64,000 bases of DNA from an uncultured Nitrososphaerota archaeon (lineage in GTDB: Archaea > Thermoproteota > EX4484-205 > JAAOZO01): NCBI GenBank assembly GCA_964408285.1, contig CAYOYV010000001.1, forward strand, positions 96,001 through 160,000, read 5' to 3'. The position numbers and the translations under genes are program-made. The notes beneath the pieces were generated by a model, which saw only the letters and a program-made list of their open reading frames with translations, searched no databases and had not been told where the DNA came from. Shown here piece by piece: positions 30,546 through 40,395 of this stretch (its first letter is position 1; each line of letters starts with the position of its first letter).

Positions 30546-31040
30546 CTAGTCGCTCTGAAAGGATATATTAATCGTCCTCCCATACGCTAGACTGAGAACT
30601 TCAGAAGGCCCCTCTGGGTCTTGGCCAATCCGACCTGAAACCTTGATTGTGGTGACACTTGTCCCATCTGGCAACCACGATTGCCTTATCGATGCGATCT
30701 TGGCCGGATAGAAGAGCCTCTGTGTTAGACTCTGAAGCTGCTCTCCTTCCTCAAAGAAGAACGATTGCCTGGCGAGGGCATTTGTCAGCGCTTCTTGGAT
30801 GTCTTTCATATGTGGGGATATCCTCTGAACCGACCCTCTTGAGAGCTTGATCAACGTGACCTGTTTCCCTTCATATGATTTGAGAAATCTGGTCTCCTTC
30901 GATTCTGGGACCCAGTGAAGAAGTATCTTGCTTATCGCAAGATCGGTCTCAGACATTTCTCCATTGGATATCATCCGCCTGCACTGCTGGCATAGCACCC
31001 CTGTCCTAAGGCAGAAATCATGGAAGGGAGTCTTCATCAT
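30546..31040 (-). CDS. Archaeal NusA-like protein (zinc-ribbon/KH type)
   Basis: MKTPFHDFCLRTGVLCQQC N-terminus; LFYPAKI...WLPDG; adjacent to aspS. Confidence 0.65.
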   Translation of the reverse strand: MMKTPFHDFCLRTGVLCQQCRRMISNGEMSETDLAISKILLHWVPESKETRFLKSYEGKQVTLIKLSRGSVQRISPHMKDIQEALTNALARQSFFFEEGEQLQSLTQRLFYPAKIASIRQSWLPDGTSVTTIKVSGRIGQDPEGPSEVLSLAYGRTINISFQSD

Positions 31041-31343
31041 CTCGGCGACTCAATCCCCGTTAATATCCCTTGTCGGTAGCAGAACTCGTCCGCGTGCGAC
31101 GTGATACCCAAACCTCCCTATCATCTCGCGCTCAGGATCAACCCACTCTGAGGTCCTATCGGAGCATTATATGAGACCACTCCATATTCCGCAGCTTTTG
31201 ACTTCTTTGGAGAAGGTTAAGGGAGAATGCTGATGTGAATCACTATCCGGCACTAGATGCTCAACCTCCAAAGCGAGGGGATATGTCTCGACAGGCCCAC
31301 TTCAACGATAGGTTTTTAAGTCAATCAGAGCGATTTCTCCAAA

Positions 31344-31514
31344 ATGCCAATAGCAGATCCAATTCTGATCCAATTGGCTCAGTCAAGGAGGCTGTTCTTC
31401 AAAATATGCAGGAAGTGTGGAGCCAAGAACAGCATAAGCGCAGAGAAATGCAGAAGGTGCCACAGCTACAATCTCAGGGCAAAGAAGAGAATGCTGAAGG
31501 CCAAGAAGAAGTAG
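31344..31514 (+). CDS. rpl40e: 50S ribosomal protein L40e (56 aa, absent from ORF track)
   Basis: MPIADP...KICRKCGAKN..SAEKCRRCHSYNLRAKK; TTTTTAA box about 25 bp upstream. Confidence 0.95.
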   Translation: MPIADPILIQLAQSRRLFFKICRKCGAKNSISAEKCRRCHSYNLRAKKRMLKAKKK

Positions 31515-31725
31515 AATCAGCGCTCGACTGGTCATGATGGATCGCTATTGTTTCTGTTTTGAACACCAGTTGATCATGACAGGGCAGGCAGAACACAAAG
31601 CGGCTTGCGGGAAATACCCATTGACCTGTGAGCAAAAACCTTTAACGGCCGCGTTCATCCAACAACCCTGAGAGATTCGAGGTATTGGAAATAGTGGGAA
31701 GGGACCGCGCTCTGATCTCTCTTTA

Positions 31726-31797
31726 GGGCCGGTGGTCTAGTGGTATGACGCCGCCCTCACACGGCGGAATTCGTCGGTTCGAATCCGGCCCGGCCCA
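31726..31797 (+). tRNA. tRNA-Val(CAC), no intron
   Basis: Acceptor GGGCCGG/CCGGCCC-A; CCGCC CT-CAC-AC GGCGG; T loop TTCGAAT. Confidence 0.97.
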
Positions 31798-32001
31798 CTG
31801 AATCCACTGATCCACCTGTCAGCACGCGTTCGCTAGGCCGGGGGCAAATTCGGCTGATCCCGCTTGCTTAGTGTTGCCACTCAATTGCCCTGTGAAAGTC
31901 GTCTTCGTGAACCAATCCCCTCTGACTGGCCAAGGATTAGTCTATGGATATATTTGCAGCCGCTCTTTTGCCATACTGGAGCGAAGTCGGCCATCTTCAG
32001 G

Positions 32002-32842
32002 ATGGAGCTTCTCAGAGCTCATTTGGAGTCGCTGAGACCTCCGCATTCTCTGCTGATGGGAGCGGTGGCAGTTGCTGGCATGATCCTTTCCCAGAATACG
32101 ACAGCATCCCCCGTTCAATTGATGCTAACATTCGCCTCCGCCTTCCTCTTCCCCGCTTCATCGTTCAGTGTGAACGATCTCTTTGACATAGAGTTAGACA
32201 AGGTGAACAAGCCAGGTAGGCCGCTACCTTGAGGGATAATCGATGCCAATTCGGCGCTCAGATTCGGTGCATTCCTGGCGATTCTTGTAGTTGTATGCTC
32301 TATCCTTCTCGATCTAGGGGCTGCGATTGTAGCGACAGCTACGCTGGCTGTCTCGATAACCTATAGCATGCGTTACAAGATGGAGGGCCTGTTTGGGAAT
32401 GTCATCATTGCCTGCTTGATATCCATAGGGCTTTTGTATGGCCCACTTGCCGTAAGGTCCCTGAATTCCACCGTAATCGTTCTATCTGCCCTTGCCTTTT
32501 TCTCGAATCTTGGCAGGGAGATAACCCAGTCGATAGCTGATGCGGAAGGGGACAGAATCAGAGGTGTGAAAAGCGTTCCCTTGGTGCACTGCCCGAGAAT
32601 CGCTGCTTCACTTTCATCGGTCCGCTATGTTCTTGTGGCATTCCCTGGCCGCATTTCTTTCAGCGCGCGCTAATCTTGATGCAGTCTGGGCCTTGCCAAT
32701 AATAGCCCTGGAGGGTGGTTTCCTCGTATCGGCCCATCAATTGTTGAGGGATCCAAAGGCAAGCACTGCAAGGGAAGTGAAGGATCGCATGAATGCACTG
32801 ATGCCGGCGCTCGTTTTCATAGTGGCGATTGCCGCCATCTGA
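32002..32842 (+). pseudogene. UbiA-family prenyltransferase (DGGGP synthase-like) pseudogene
   Basis: NDLFDIELDKVNKPGRPLP*G with in-frame TGA at 32230-32232; REI...DAEGD motif; frameshift near 32641-32647. Confidence 0.85.
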
Positions 32843-32942
32843 GAAGTAATTGCGTAAACATTGCTAGATTCCATCAGTCTCTTGGGGCGACAAAGACTTA
32901 AAAAACATGGGGTTGGACCTGCCCCTTGGCTGGTGTAAGTGC

Positions 32943-33137
32943 ATGCCAAAGCAGGTGAGTTCTAAGGAGAAATTCCTCGAGGTTTCAAAAAGGGGCAAGG
33001 AGCTCAGACTGAAGAAGATCGGTGATTCGGTGAAGCTGAAGATCAGGACACCGAAGCATCTCTATGTTATGGTGCTGCCCGAAAAGCAAGGGGAGGATCT
33101 GGCCAAACAGACCGGCCTGACTATTGTCAGGCTTTAG
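32943..33137 (+). CDS. rpl38e: 50S ribosomal protein L38e
   Basis: MPKQV...FLE...VKLKIRTPKHLY. Confidence 0.85.
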   Translation: MPKQVSSKEKFLEVSKRGKELRLKKIGDSVKLKIRTPKHLYVMVLPEKQGEDLAKQTGLTIVRL

Positions 33138-34416
33138 GTCCTGTAGAATATTCGATCCCGACCTTGGGCTTGATCACATGAGGGATGCCAATCTGTTCCA
33201 TTTCCTTGGACAGGAATTCTACATTTTGCCTGGTTCCATGAACTATGAAAGCATATTCTGGACTGATGGTCTTCGCAAACTTCACATAATCTTCCCTCCC
33301 GTTATGGGAAGAGAAGTCGAATTGCTTTATCCTCGCCCTGACTTTGACCAACTTGCCACCTAGCGGCAGAACCTTCTCCTTCAGGAGCATGGCTCCCGGA
33401 GTGCCTTCAACTTGGTAGCTAACGAGAAAGATGGCATCTTTTGGCCTCTTCGCTATCTCCTCAGAATAGAGAACAGAGGGCCCGCCCTTGAGCATTCCTG
33501 CTGGAGTGACTATGACTCCTGGTTGACCGAGTGCAGCTTGCCTATCGTTTCCTGACTGCATGATCGTGACGCTATTGACGGCCTTGGCAAACAGGTCTGG
33601 CTCATTCAGAGCGGGGAGATTGCTCATGAAAATGTCATTCACCGTCCTAGCCATTCCGTCAAGCATAACGGGATAGCGAAACCCATGAGCTTCCAACACA
33701 GCTATGATCTCTTGCGATCTTCCAACTCCGAAGGCTGGGACAAGGACTCTACCTCCTTCTTCGACAATCTGTTCCACCTCCTCTACAAACTGCTTCTCGA
33801 TTGTGTCTCTGCTCGGATGGTCAATTGAAGCGTATGTGCTCTCGGTAATGAGGACATCTATCTGATCGCGAAAATCTACGTCCGCAGGGGGAACTGTCCT
33901 TGTCGCATTCACATTCATGTCTCCGGTATAAAGCGTTCTAATACCATCTGCCTCAATCAAGACCTGTGAGGCCCCAATGACATGACCTGCATTGAACAAC
34001 TCAACGGAGATTCCTCCCGAGCCCACGCCGATCCGCTCTCTGTTCTGCACCGCGGAGGCTAAATCAAGGAGTCTTCTGACCTCTATCGTATCAAATGGGA
34101 GATACGTCTTCGCGATTTTCAGCATATCAAGAAGGAGAATTCTCGACAGAGTTCTCGTCATTGAAGTCATTATCGCCTTTGGATTGCCGCCTATGAAGAA
34201 CAACGGCGCAGAGCCAACATGATCGAGATGGCAATGGCTTATCGCAATGGCTGTGACATTGCTTGGTTGGACGTAGGCAGGAAACCTGACTGTATGATCC
34301 AGAGAGACACCGCTGTCTAGGAGAATGCCCTCGCCTCCAATGGATTCTAGGAATATTGAAGATCTTCCGACTTCTTCAACCCCACCAAGGAACCTTAGTT
34401 TTGGCAATTTCAACAC
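33127..34416 (-). CDS. beta-CASP ribonuclease (aCPSF2-like)
   Basis: LGGVEEVGRS, SHCHLDH, AGHVIG, YTGD, ESTYA, GRSQE and FSSH motifs. Confidence 0.9.
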   Translation of the reverse strand: MLKLPKLRFLGGVEEVGRSSIFLESIGGEGILLDSGVSLDHTVRFPAYVQPSNVTAIAISHCHLDHVGSAPLFFIGGNPKAIMTSMTRTLSRILLLDMLKIAKTYLPFDTIEVRRLLDLASAVQNRERIGVGSGGISVELFNAGHVIGASQVLIEADGIRTLYTGDMNVNATRTVPPADVDFRDQIDVLITESTYASIDHPSRDTIEKQFVEEVEQIVEEGGRVLVPAFGVGRSQEIIAVLEAHGFRYPVMLDGMARTVNDIFMSNLPALNEPDLFAKAVNSVTIMQSGNDRQAALGQPGVIVTPAGMLKGGPSVLYSEEIAKRPKDAIFLVSYQVEGTPGAMLLKEKVLPLGGKLVKVRARIKQFDFSSHNGREDYVKFAKTISPEYAFIVHGTRQNVEFLSKEMEQIGIPHVIKPKVGIEYSTGPKA

Positions 34417-35939
34417 TCTATTTTCAGAATCTTGAGCTTTCTAGAGGTCTTTTTTGACACCTCTATAAATGTTTTCAATTTCCTCGATCCCTTGCGTCCC
34501 ACTGCGACAACCTCCTTCACTCTGCTCAGTAAGGGTATGGCCAACCTTACACCAAGCCCATTCAGGTCCAGATTCTCCGATCCTCCCCAAACTACCTTAT
34601 CAAAAGGAGAGCTGTTCCTCAGAAAGAATGGGACTAGACCCAATACATCGTGGAGTACAAAGAGTGACTCCCATTCTCGAAATCCGCTCCCCTGTCCCTC
34701 TGCTATCGCTTTCGTCACAACGGCTTTGTCAAGGCTACGACCGCCCTCGGGGACTATGACAATCACTTTCTTCGCACGCCAACTCCTCTTCTGGATCTTT
34801 TCAGACATGATCGCTATCTCAGGCCTTGAAAGGCTTTTCTGATCATAAGCAAACAGACCTCTTGCCTTGGCTACTCGGCTATCCGGGAAAATCGCTCTTG
34901 ATCTGCTCGATAGTGCCAAGAATGCGCAATAGAGACCCGGATGGGCTCTTGCCCGCTGTTCCAACAACTCCCAGAGTTCTCCCCTTCTGATGTGCTCCTT
35001 GATGTTCTTCATTTCAGTATAGATCGAGTGCAGATTGTGACCCGCCAGAAGTCTGATCCTCTGAGAATCGCCGATCTCCCTCAATTCCTTTGGAGTATAT
35101 TTCGAACAGATTTGACATGAACAAGGCAGGTATTCAAGAGTGGCCAGATCGAGTGTGCCCTCAGCTGTCATGTATCTGCCATCATAGGCGTAGAGGGCGT
35201 AAGAGGCTGAGTCAAACATATCATACCCAATGGCCACCAACATTCCAAGCAGCATGGGGTGGCCAGCTCCAAAGAAATGGAACGGCTTCGATCTGGAAGC
35301 CCTTTCCTTAGCGGCAATTCCCATCTCTATTAGCCTGTGATATTCATAATTCTCCATGAGTTCTACAGGAGATCCAAGAGCGAGGATGTCGAATCCCATC
35401 TTTGAGATCCTCGTGGAGCATGAGCGCACGAGATCTTGGTGCAGGCCGCCTTGCACTGGCCCGACCCACAGTATGTCCTCCCTCGTTCTCGCGGCCAATG
35501 ATCGCTCGCAGTTTCTGATGGTCTTTCTCACGGTCTGAAGGGCCCTGGCTCTGCTTGCTTTCGCTCCAGTCGGATGATCCAAGACAGTGGCGATGTCAAC
35601 GTTCAATGCCTCCTGAACGGCAACGATTTCCTCAGGCCCAGCGGATACTGTGCCATATCTCAGAACTTGATACCCGCCGGAATCCGTTTGAACAATCCCC
35701 TTGTACTCCAATATCCTATGTATGTCTCTGTCTCCGTCATCAAGAAGATGTTTTCCTATCAGATATGCATTCGTCATTATGGCTCGAGATTCGAATTCCT
35801 TCTCCAATTCTCGAGGAGGGATAACTGGCCTGTTGATGCTGATCACTGGGAGAAAAGCGGGGGTCTCAAGCTGCCCGCTCTTAGTAGATATCCTGCCGAT
35901 TCTGGCATTCATATCAGTCTTTCTGATTTCAAAAGACAA
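34410..35939 (-). CDS. tgtA: Archaeosine tRNA-guanine(15) transglycosylase
   Basis: TDSGGYQ, VQGG, FGAGHP, MFDSASY and CSCQIC motifs; no recognisable PUA domain. Confidence 0.93.
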   Translation of the reverse strand: MSFEIRKTDMNARIGRISTKSGQLETPAFLPVISINRPVIPPRELEKEFESRAIMTNAYLIGKHLLDDGDRDIHRILEYKGIVQTDSGGYQVLRYGTVSAGPEEIVAVQEALNVDIATVLDHPTGAKASRARALQTVRKTIRNCERSLAARTREDILWVGPVQGGLHQDLVRSCSTRISKMGFDILALGSPVELMENYEYHRLIEMGIAAKERASRSKPFHFFGAGHPMLLGMLVAIGYDMFDSASYALYAYDGRYMTAEGTLDLATLEYLPCSCQICSKYTPKELREIGDSQRIRLLAGHNLHSIYTEMKNIKEHIRRGELWELLEQRARAHPGLYCAFLALSSRSRAIFPDSRVAKARGLFAYDQKSLSRPEIAIMSEKIQKRSWRAKKVIVIVPEGGRSLDKAVVTKAIAEGQGSGFREWESLFVLHDVLGLVPFFLRNSSPFDKVVWGGSENLDLNGLGVRLAIPLLSRVKEVVAVGRKGSRKLKTFIEVSKKTSRKLKILKIEC

Positions 35940-35983
35940 ATCTCGACGCCTTTATTAATCTCGATGCCAAAGGCAAGATAAAG

Positions 35984-36640
35984 TTGTCGAGGAGCACGGA
36001 TGAGGTACTCAGTGTGAATACCGCTCCCCGGGAGCCATGGGCAGCTCTCTCAGGACTTCCAGGGCTGGGAGCGGTCGGGGCAGGTGCTGCGTCTCTATTT
36101 CTGGAGCGATCCAATTCGAAACCGCAGATACTGAAATACCTCTTTGCCCGTTCCTCCTACATGAATTTGATTGTCTCTGAGAATCAGGTTGCGTCCCCGG
36201 GTGGATTTACCCTTTTCTATTCAGAGATCGGGCAAAAGAATGTTCCCGTAATTGTTTTGGTCGGAGCTTTCCAGCCCGTGTCACCGTTGTACCAATTCGA
36301 CTTCGCGAAGCTGTTCCTCTCGGCAGCAAAGGAGATGGGTTCGATGTATACCTTCACGTTGGGGGGATATCATTCATCGGAAGCTGGAGCCGAGAGGAAA
36401 ATCTTTGTTCTACCAAATGACTTCCAGACCTACAAGGCCTCGCTTGCTCTTAATTTCATCCTAGCTTCTGGGCAGATCAGTGGGGCAGCTGGGGTGATAT
36501 CAGGAATGTCCAAATATTATGGCTTCAGAGGAGGATGTCTCCTCGCGGAGACAACGGGTGACATTCCCGACAAGTCCGCCTCCCTTGTGCTCTATGAGAA
36601 GACCCTTCTGCTTCTCGACAGCCTCTATCCAGGCAGCTAG
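35984..36640 (+). CDS. PAC2-family proteasome assembly chaperone
   Basis: GLPGLGAVG, FTLGG, GQISGAAG and CLLAET motifs. Confidence 0.85.
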   Translation: MSRSTDEVLSVNTAPREPWAALSGLPGLGAVGAGAASLFLERSNSKPQILKYLFARSSYMNLIVSENQVASPGGFTLFYSEIGQKNVPVIVLVGAFQPVSPLYQFDFAKLFLSAAKEMGSMYTFTLGGYHSSEAGAERKIFVLPNDFQTYKASLALNFILASGQISGAAGVISGMSKYYGFRGGCLLAETTGDIPDKSASLVLYEKTLLLLDSLYPGS

Positions 36641-37059
36641 GGCGGCGTTTCAGATTCCTTCATGAAGTCATCATAGACCTTTCTAACGCGATCAGCGACT
36701 ATCCCTGTCCCCTCCATCACGCCGGTCTCATCAACTCTAACCTTGTCGAGAACGATTATCACTCCTGCTTCCTCGTTATAGCTGACGACCTTTCCGAATA
36801 TATGCTCCAACCTGTCAGCCAGCTTCCTCAGGTCCATGAAAGACTTCGGAATGAATATTGCCTTGACGGAGTTGCCGCTGAGAACTATCTGGAAGTACCT
36901 TTTCTCTCCTTCCTTCTGAACATCACTCATGATTAGCGATAGAGAAACGGGATCGAAGGCGGTCAAGGTCCCCGAAAAGCGGCTAGAGTCGGTTGTTTCC
37001 ACTATCACTGGCTTACCGACCATTTTCTTCAGCTGTGCCTCTAACGTCGCCCTAAGCAT
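36637..37059 (-). CDS. Lsm/SmAP3 RNA-binding protein (Sm fold plus C-terminal domain)
   Basis: Sm1/Sm2 motifs then C-terminal V.YNEEAGVIIVLDKVRV.E.GV.EG.G. Confidence 0.85.
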   Translation of the reverse strand: MLRATLEAQLKKMVGKPVIVETTDSSRFSGTLTAFDPVSLSLIMSDVQKEGEKRYFQIVLSGNSVKAIFIPKSFMDLRKLADRLEHIFGKVVSYNEEAGVIIVLDKVRVDETGVMEGTGIVADRVRKVYDDFMKESETPP

Positions 37060-37124
37060 CTTGCCTGGGAAATGCGCGGTCGATTATTATTGATTTCGCC
37101 CCACGAGACTGCTTATCGCTAGAA

Positions 37125-38162
37125 GTGAGCATTCTCCACATCCGACGGACTCCCCGAGTCAATTTCATGCGCCTGAGTTATCTGGAAGCGCCTCCTCAAA
37201 AGCTCATGGAAAGACACCCTGAATCACCAGATGGAACAGCCTGTCCGGAATGCGGCGGAAAGATAATATGGACCGAGAACGAAGCCGCATGTAGAGGGTG
37301 CGGCTTGGTGATAGAGCCGTCCTTGTTGGATCGATCGGGAGGACAGAATCAGGCCGACTCCTTCGAGACAGACGGGCCATCAGGGCTTCAAGACATCAGA
37401 ATGGGCTCCCACTTGTTCTCCAATCATTCAAGTCCTAGAGGCCTTAGGAGACTCTCGTCTGTGAATCTATGGTCAAGAGGCGCCAGATATTGCCGGCTGA
37501 GCAGATTCTCACGATTAGCGTACATGCTTGGAGATAAGCTCGGAGTCTCCGATCTTACGTGCGAAGCAGCTCTTCTCCTCTTGGAGAGCGCTGCCCGAAA
37601 AGCAGAAGGAAAAAGGGCCAATGTCCTAGCACTGTTAGGCGCTGCATTCATAATAGCATCTCGCAAGCTCGAGGCAGGAAAAGTGGTTTGCGCAAGCGAT
37701 ATTCGGCGAAGTCTGGATTCCTTGGGATTCTCTATGAGGCCGGGGCATATCCTAGACAGTCTGAGCTCGTACAAGGACATCGGCCTATATGTGGCGTCGA
37801 CTCCCCCGATCGACTGTGTGGACGAGATCTTCTCGAGAATCGACTGGACATCACCAACGCATGGGCTCCCCCCCAGGGAAAGATATGAATTCCTAGAGGA
37901 ATTGAAAAGGAACGCAAGGAACCTGCTCTCATTGATCGACCTTCGGGAGATTGGGAGCAACCCTCGTGCTCTTGCCTCCTGCGCAATATACGTATCCTGG
38001 AGGATAGCAGCAAGATCAAGGCAACTTAGCAAGCGCGATATCTCACATGCCTTCATGGCAAGGATCTCTGGACTGGCAGAATATACTATCAGGGAGAATT
38101 ATGAACGCCACTTTCGGCAGCTTCTTGTGGCCGCTGAAATACGACCAAGAATCGATGAGTAG
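37125..38162 (+). CDS. Divergent TFB (TFIIB) paralog
   Basis: CPECGG...CRGCGLV zinc ribbon; cyclin-fold NPRALASCAIY and HTH ARISGLAEYTIRENY. Start uncertain. Confidence 0.8.
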   Translation: MSILHIRRTPRVNFMRLSYLEAPPQKLMERHPESPDGTACPECGGKIIWTENEAACRGCGLVIEPSLLDRSGGQNQADSFETDGPSGLQDIRMGSHLFSNHSSPRGLRRLSSVNLWSRGARYCRLSRFSRLAYMLGDKLGVSDLTCEAALLLLESAARKAEGKRANVLALLGAAFIIASRKLEAGKVVCASDIRRSLDSLGFSMRPGHILDSLSSYKDIGLYVASTPPIDCVDEIFSRIDWTSPTHGLPPRERYEFLEELKRNARNLLSLIDLREIGSNPRALASCAIYVSWRIAARSRQLSKRDISHAFMARISGLAEYTIRENYERHFRQLLVAAEIRPRIDE

Positions 38163-38565
38163 CTTGGACGATCACGTCCCCTTGCATTGCCATGGTAGAG
38201 ATATGAAGTTTGACATAGTATGCCGTCGCATTCTCAAGCGCATACTCTGACAATTCCCACTTGCACATCAAACCGCGAGGACTATTCAGACCGGAAGCCA
38301 ACCTGTCAAGTCCTGTCTGAAGGGCGCGATCGATGACTTCCTCAGGAATGCCAGAATCGGAAAGGTAGGACTGATTCAATGCGGCCAAGGCTCCTGCTGA
38401 CTCTTGAAGGATTCTGTGTACATCCTCTTTCAGCAGGACGACATGGAGCCTGTTGTGCAGAGTCAGAGAGGCAGATTCCCTCAGTCGCGCCAGATCGACG
38501 ATTATCGGGAATGAAGTCAGAAGAATGACTAAGCTGACTCCCAAGAGAGGAGATGATAGTTTCAT
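38089..38565 (-). CDS. Minor pilin-like protein
   Basis: Single N-terminal hydrophobic helix; last gene of the overlapping operon behind the prepilin peptidase. Confidence 0.5.
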   Translation of the reverse strand: MKLSSPLLGVSLVILLTSFPIIVDLARLRESASLTLHNRLHVVLLKEDVHRILQESAGALAALNQSYLSDSGIPEEVIDRALQTGLDRLASGLNSPRGLMCKWELSEYALENATAYYVKLHISTMAMQGDVIVQATHRFLVVFQRPQEAAESGVHNSP

Positions 38566-38909
38566 TCGTCGAACGCCATGATGTAGCTTATGCCTTCTTC
38601 CCGGATCAAGATTGAAATCCTGGAATATAGCGTCTCGCCTGTTCTAACGTTGTCCACCAAACCGTAAGTGACAAGAATGAAATTCTGCTTCAGTCCTCTG
38701 TTCAGCCTGGGGAATCTATCAGGAGCTAGTTCCAGACCAAAGATCCTTGTGCGTCGGCTACCAAGAGACTCTGCGATGAGTCTCTCGAGATCTTCGATCG
38801 AACTCCCATTGTACGTTTTCAGCATCGGTTTTGCAAAGGTCGACAGGAGGACAAGACAGCCGATCCACACGCCCAGATTGGCCAGAATGCTGTCCACCTC
38901 GCTATTCAT
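38562..38909 (-). CDS. Minor pilin-like protein
   Basis: N-terminal transmembrane helix; ATGA coupling to the next gene. Confidence 0.5.
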   Translation of the reverse strand: MNSEVDSILANLGVWIGCLVLLSTFAKPMLKTYNGSSIEDLERLIAESLGSRRTRIFGLELAPDRFPRLNRGLKQNFILVTYGLVDNVRTGETLYSRISILIREEGISYIMAFDE

Positions 38910-38913
38910 GGGA

Positions 38914-39060
38914 TCAGATCCCCTCCAGCACCTTTATCAGCAATTCCATCTCTGAAAGATCGTGGATCATTATTTCGCCGAGCAATCTTATTCCCATGAT
39001 GAAAAGGCACAAACCGATGACCGCAATGCCGAATTCCATGAAAGCCCCTAGTTTTGTCAT
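38914..39060 (-). CDS. 48-aa pilin-like protein (absent from ORF track)
   Basis: MTKLG|AFMEFGIAVIGLCLFIMG, class III signal-like; TGATG overlap with the upstream gene. Confidence 0.6.
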   Translation of the reverse strand: MTKLGAFMEFGIAVIGLCLFIMGIRLLGEIMIHDLSEMELLIKVLEGI

Positions 39061-39407
39061 CAATGCTTCTCCCATCTAATGGCAATTGCACCCGAGGGAT
39101 TACTAGTGATTTCAGCCTCAGGAGGAAGAACTACCGAAGTCCTGCGCCCATCTATTCCCAAGAGGCATATCTCCCTTGACCTCGTTACTGCTATTCTGAA
39201 CAGGCTCGTATTCGTCATGCTCAGAGAAATGGTGATTTGCTCGCCTTCTTCCAGTTTCGGCGCTCTCGTCGCATCCGTGAGAAGTCTCGCAGCGTCATCG
39301 TAGGTCCTTCCATAGACGCCGACTAGGAAGTTGAGATAGGGGATGAGAATCGACAGGGATATCAACAACCAAGCAGCTGTTTCACCAAGGTATTCTAGAT
39401 GTTCCAA
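39060..39407 (-). CDS. Minor pilin-like protein
   Basis: N-terminal transmembrane helix followed by a beta-rich domain. Confidence 0.5.
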   Translation of the reverse strand: MEHLEYLGETAAWLLISLSILIPYLNFLVGVYGRTYDDAARLLTDATRAPKLEEGEQITISLSMTNTSLFRIAVTRSREICLLGIDGRRTSVVLPPEAEITSNPSGAIAIRWEKH

Positions 39408-39604
39408 GTGGGAAACCCCTCGGGAAAAAAGCCCTCATAGAACGCACAGAAATGCAATGCCCTCACCTCACCGAATGTCTTCCCATATGCCTCTAGTATA
39501 GCTCTCAGTAGTGGGATCACGTCGTTGATGAAGACCAACAACGCACCTATTGAGAGGAAGATTGAAAGCGCGAAAATCAATGTCTTTTCAATTAACAAGC
39601 TCAT
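39395..39604 (-). CDS. Small pilin-like protein
   Basis: MSLLIEKTLIFALSIFLSIG aligns with the mature major pilin SQLIEEGLLIVLAL. Confidence 0.55.
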   Translation of the reverse strand: MSLLIEKTLIFALSIFLSIGALLVFINDVIPLLRAILEAYGKTFGEVRALHFCAFYEGFFPEGFPTWNI

Positions 39605-39606
39605 TG

Positions 39607-40179
39607 CTAGATCAGTATCTGTCTGAATGCCAGCCCTATAAGCGCCCCTAATTGGAGATAAGGGATCAAAGGCGCTGAGACGATCTTCCGTTCAGGCTTG
39701 CCGCAAAAGAGAGACAAAGACCATAGGAAGGGCAAGAACGACGCCGCCAAGCAGACAACGCTCCTTCTGGAGATGGCTCGATCGAGGCCTTCTTTCCGAA
39801 GCAATATGGAGAAGGAGTTGATCATCATTACTTCAGCGATTGTGAGAGACAATGGTTCGCAAACGGAAACAATCACTGAGATGCCGCTAATCTCTATCGG
39901 CTTTGGGAAAACGAGCACAGTGCCAACTACATACAAGACATCCGCAAGCCCTGTCATCCCAAGAAGAATCATTCCTGACATCAGAAGGATTGGAATCAGG
40001 TTATTTGTAACCAATTCCAGAATATTCACCGGCTCATATGAAGCTAGCAAGAGGAATTGAATTAGGCACATGACAGAATAACCGACAATGAGAAGGATTG
40101 AGACTTCCTTGTGTAGAAGGTCCTCGATTGCGATAAGAAGAGAAATCGCTAGGAGCACGCAGTGCATCAGAGAAAGCAT
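39607..40179 (-). CDS. Prepilin peptidase (A24/PibD-like)
   Basis: Polytopic; AIEDLLHKEV (Asp 1), MTGLADV (Asp 2) and PLIPYL motifs. Confidence 0.75.
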   Translation of the reverse strand: MLSLMHCVLLAISLLIAIEDLLHKEVSILLIVGYSVMCLIQFLLLASYEPVNILELVTNNLIPILLMSGMILLGMTGLADVLYVVGTVLVFPKPIEISGISVIVSVCEPLSLTIAEVMMINSFSILLRKEGLDRAISRRSVVCLAASFLPFLWSLSLFCGKPERKIVSAPLIPYLQLGALIGLAFRQILI

Positions 40180-40233
40180 CAGTCATGTCATTCAATTGGT
40201 GCTCATAAGGGCCAATCATCCTTGTTTTCTGGT

Positions 40234-40389
40234 TTGTCCGAAAAGGATCCACTTCTCGAAGCAATAGTCGATGAACTCAGGAGGCTTAGATCAGAGATGA
40301 GCAAGATCAGATCGAAAATGGATGACATTCAGGAGAGGATTTTGGAACTAGAAAGGAAGTGCACAATCACGGAAATGGCGGACGGATAG
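40234..40389 (+). CDS. Small coiled-coil protein
   Basis: LLEAIVDELRRLRSEMSKIRSKMDDIQERILELE heptads; TTG start assumed; 6 bp before the ATPase. Confidence 0.55.
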   Translation: MSEKDPLLEAIVDELRRLRSEMSKIRSKMDDIQERILELERKCTITEMADG

Positions 40390-40395
40390 AAGACC

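Noticed and set aside
31235-31537. 100-aa plus-strand ORF
   Set aside because: Alternative frame of the real L40e gene
31531-31580. C/D-box sRNA or hairpin (GTCATGAT...ATCATGAC)
   Set aside because: Imperfect C box and no properly placed CTGA D box
32230-32232. Selenocysteine read-through of the in-frame TGA in the UbiA gene
   Set aside because: The position is Ser, not Cys, in the family; a second lesion is present; no SECIS was recognised
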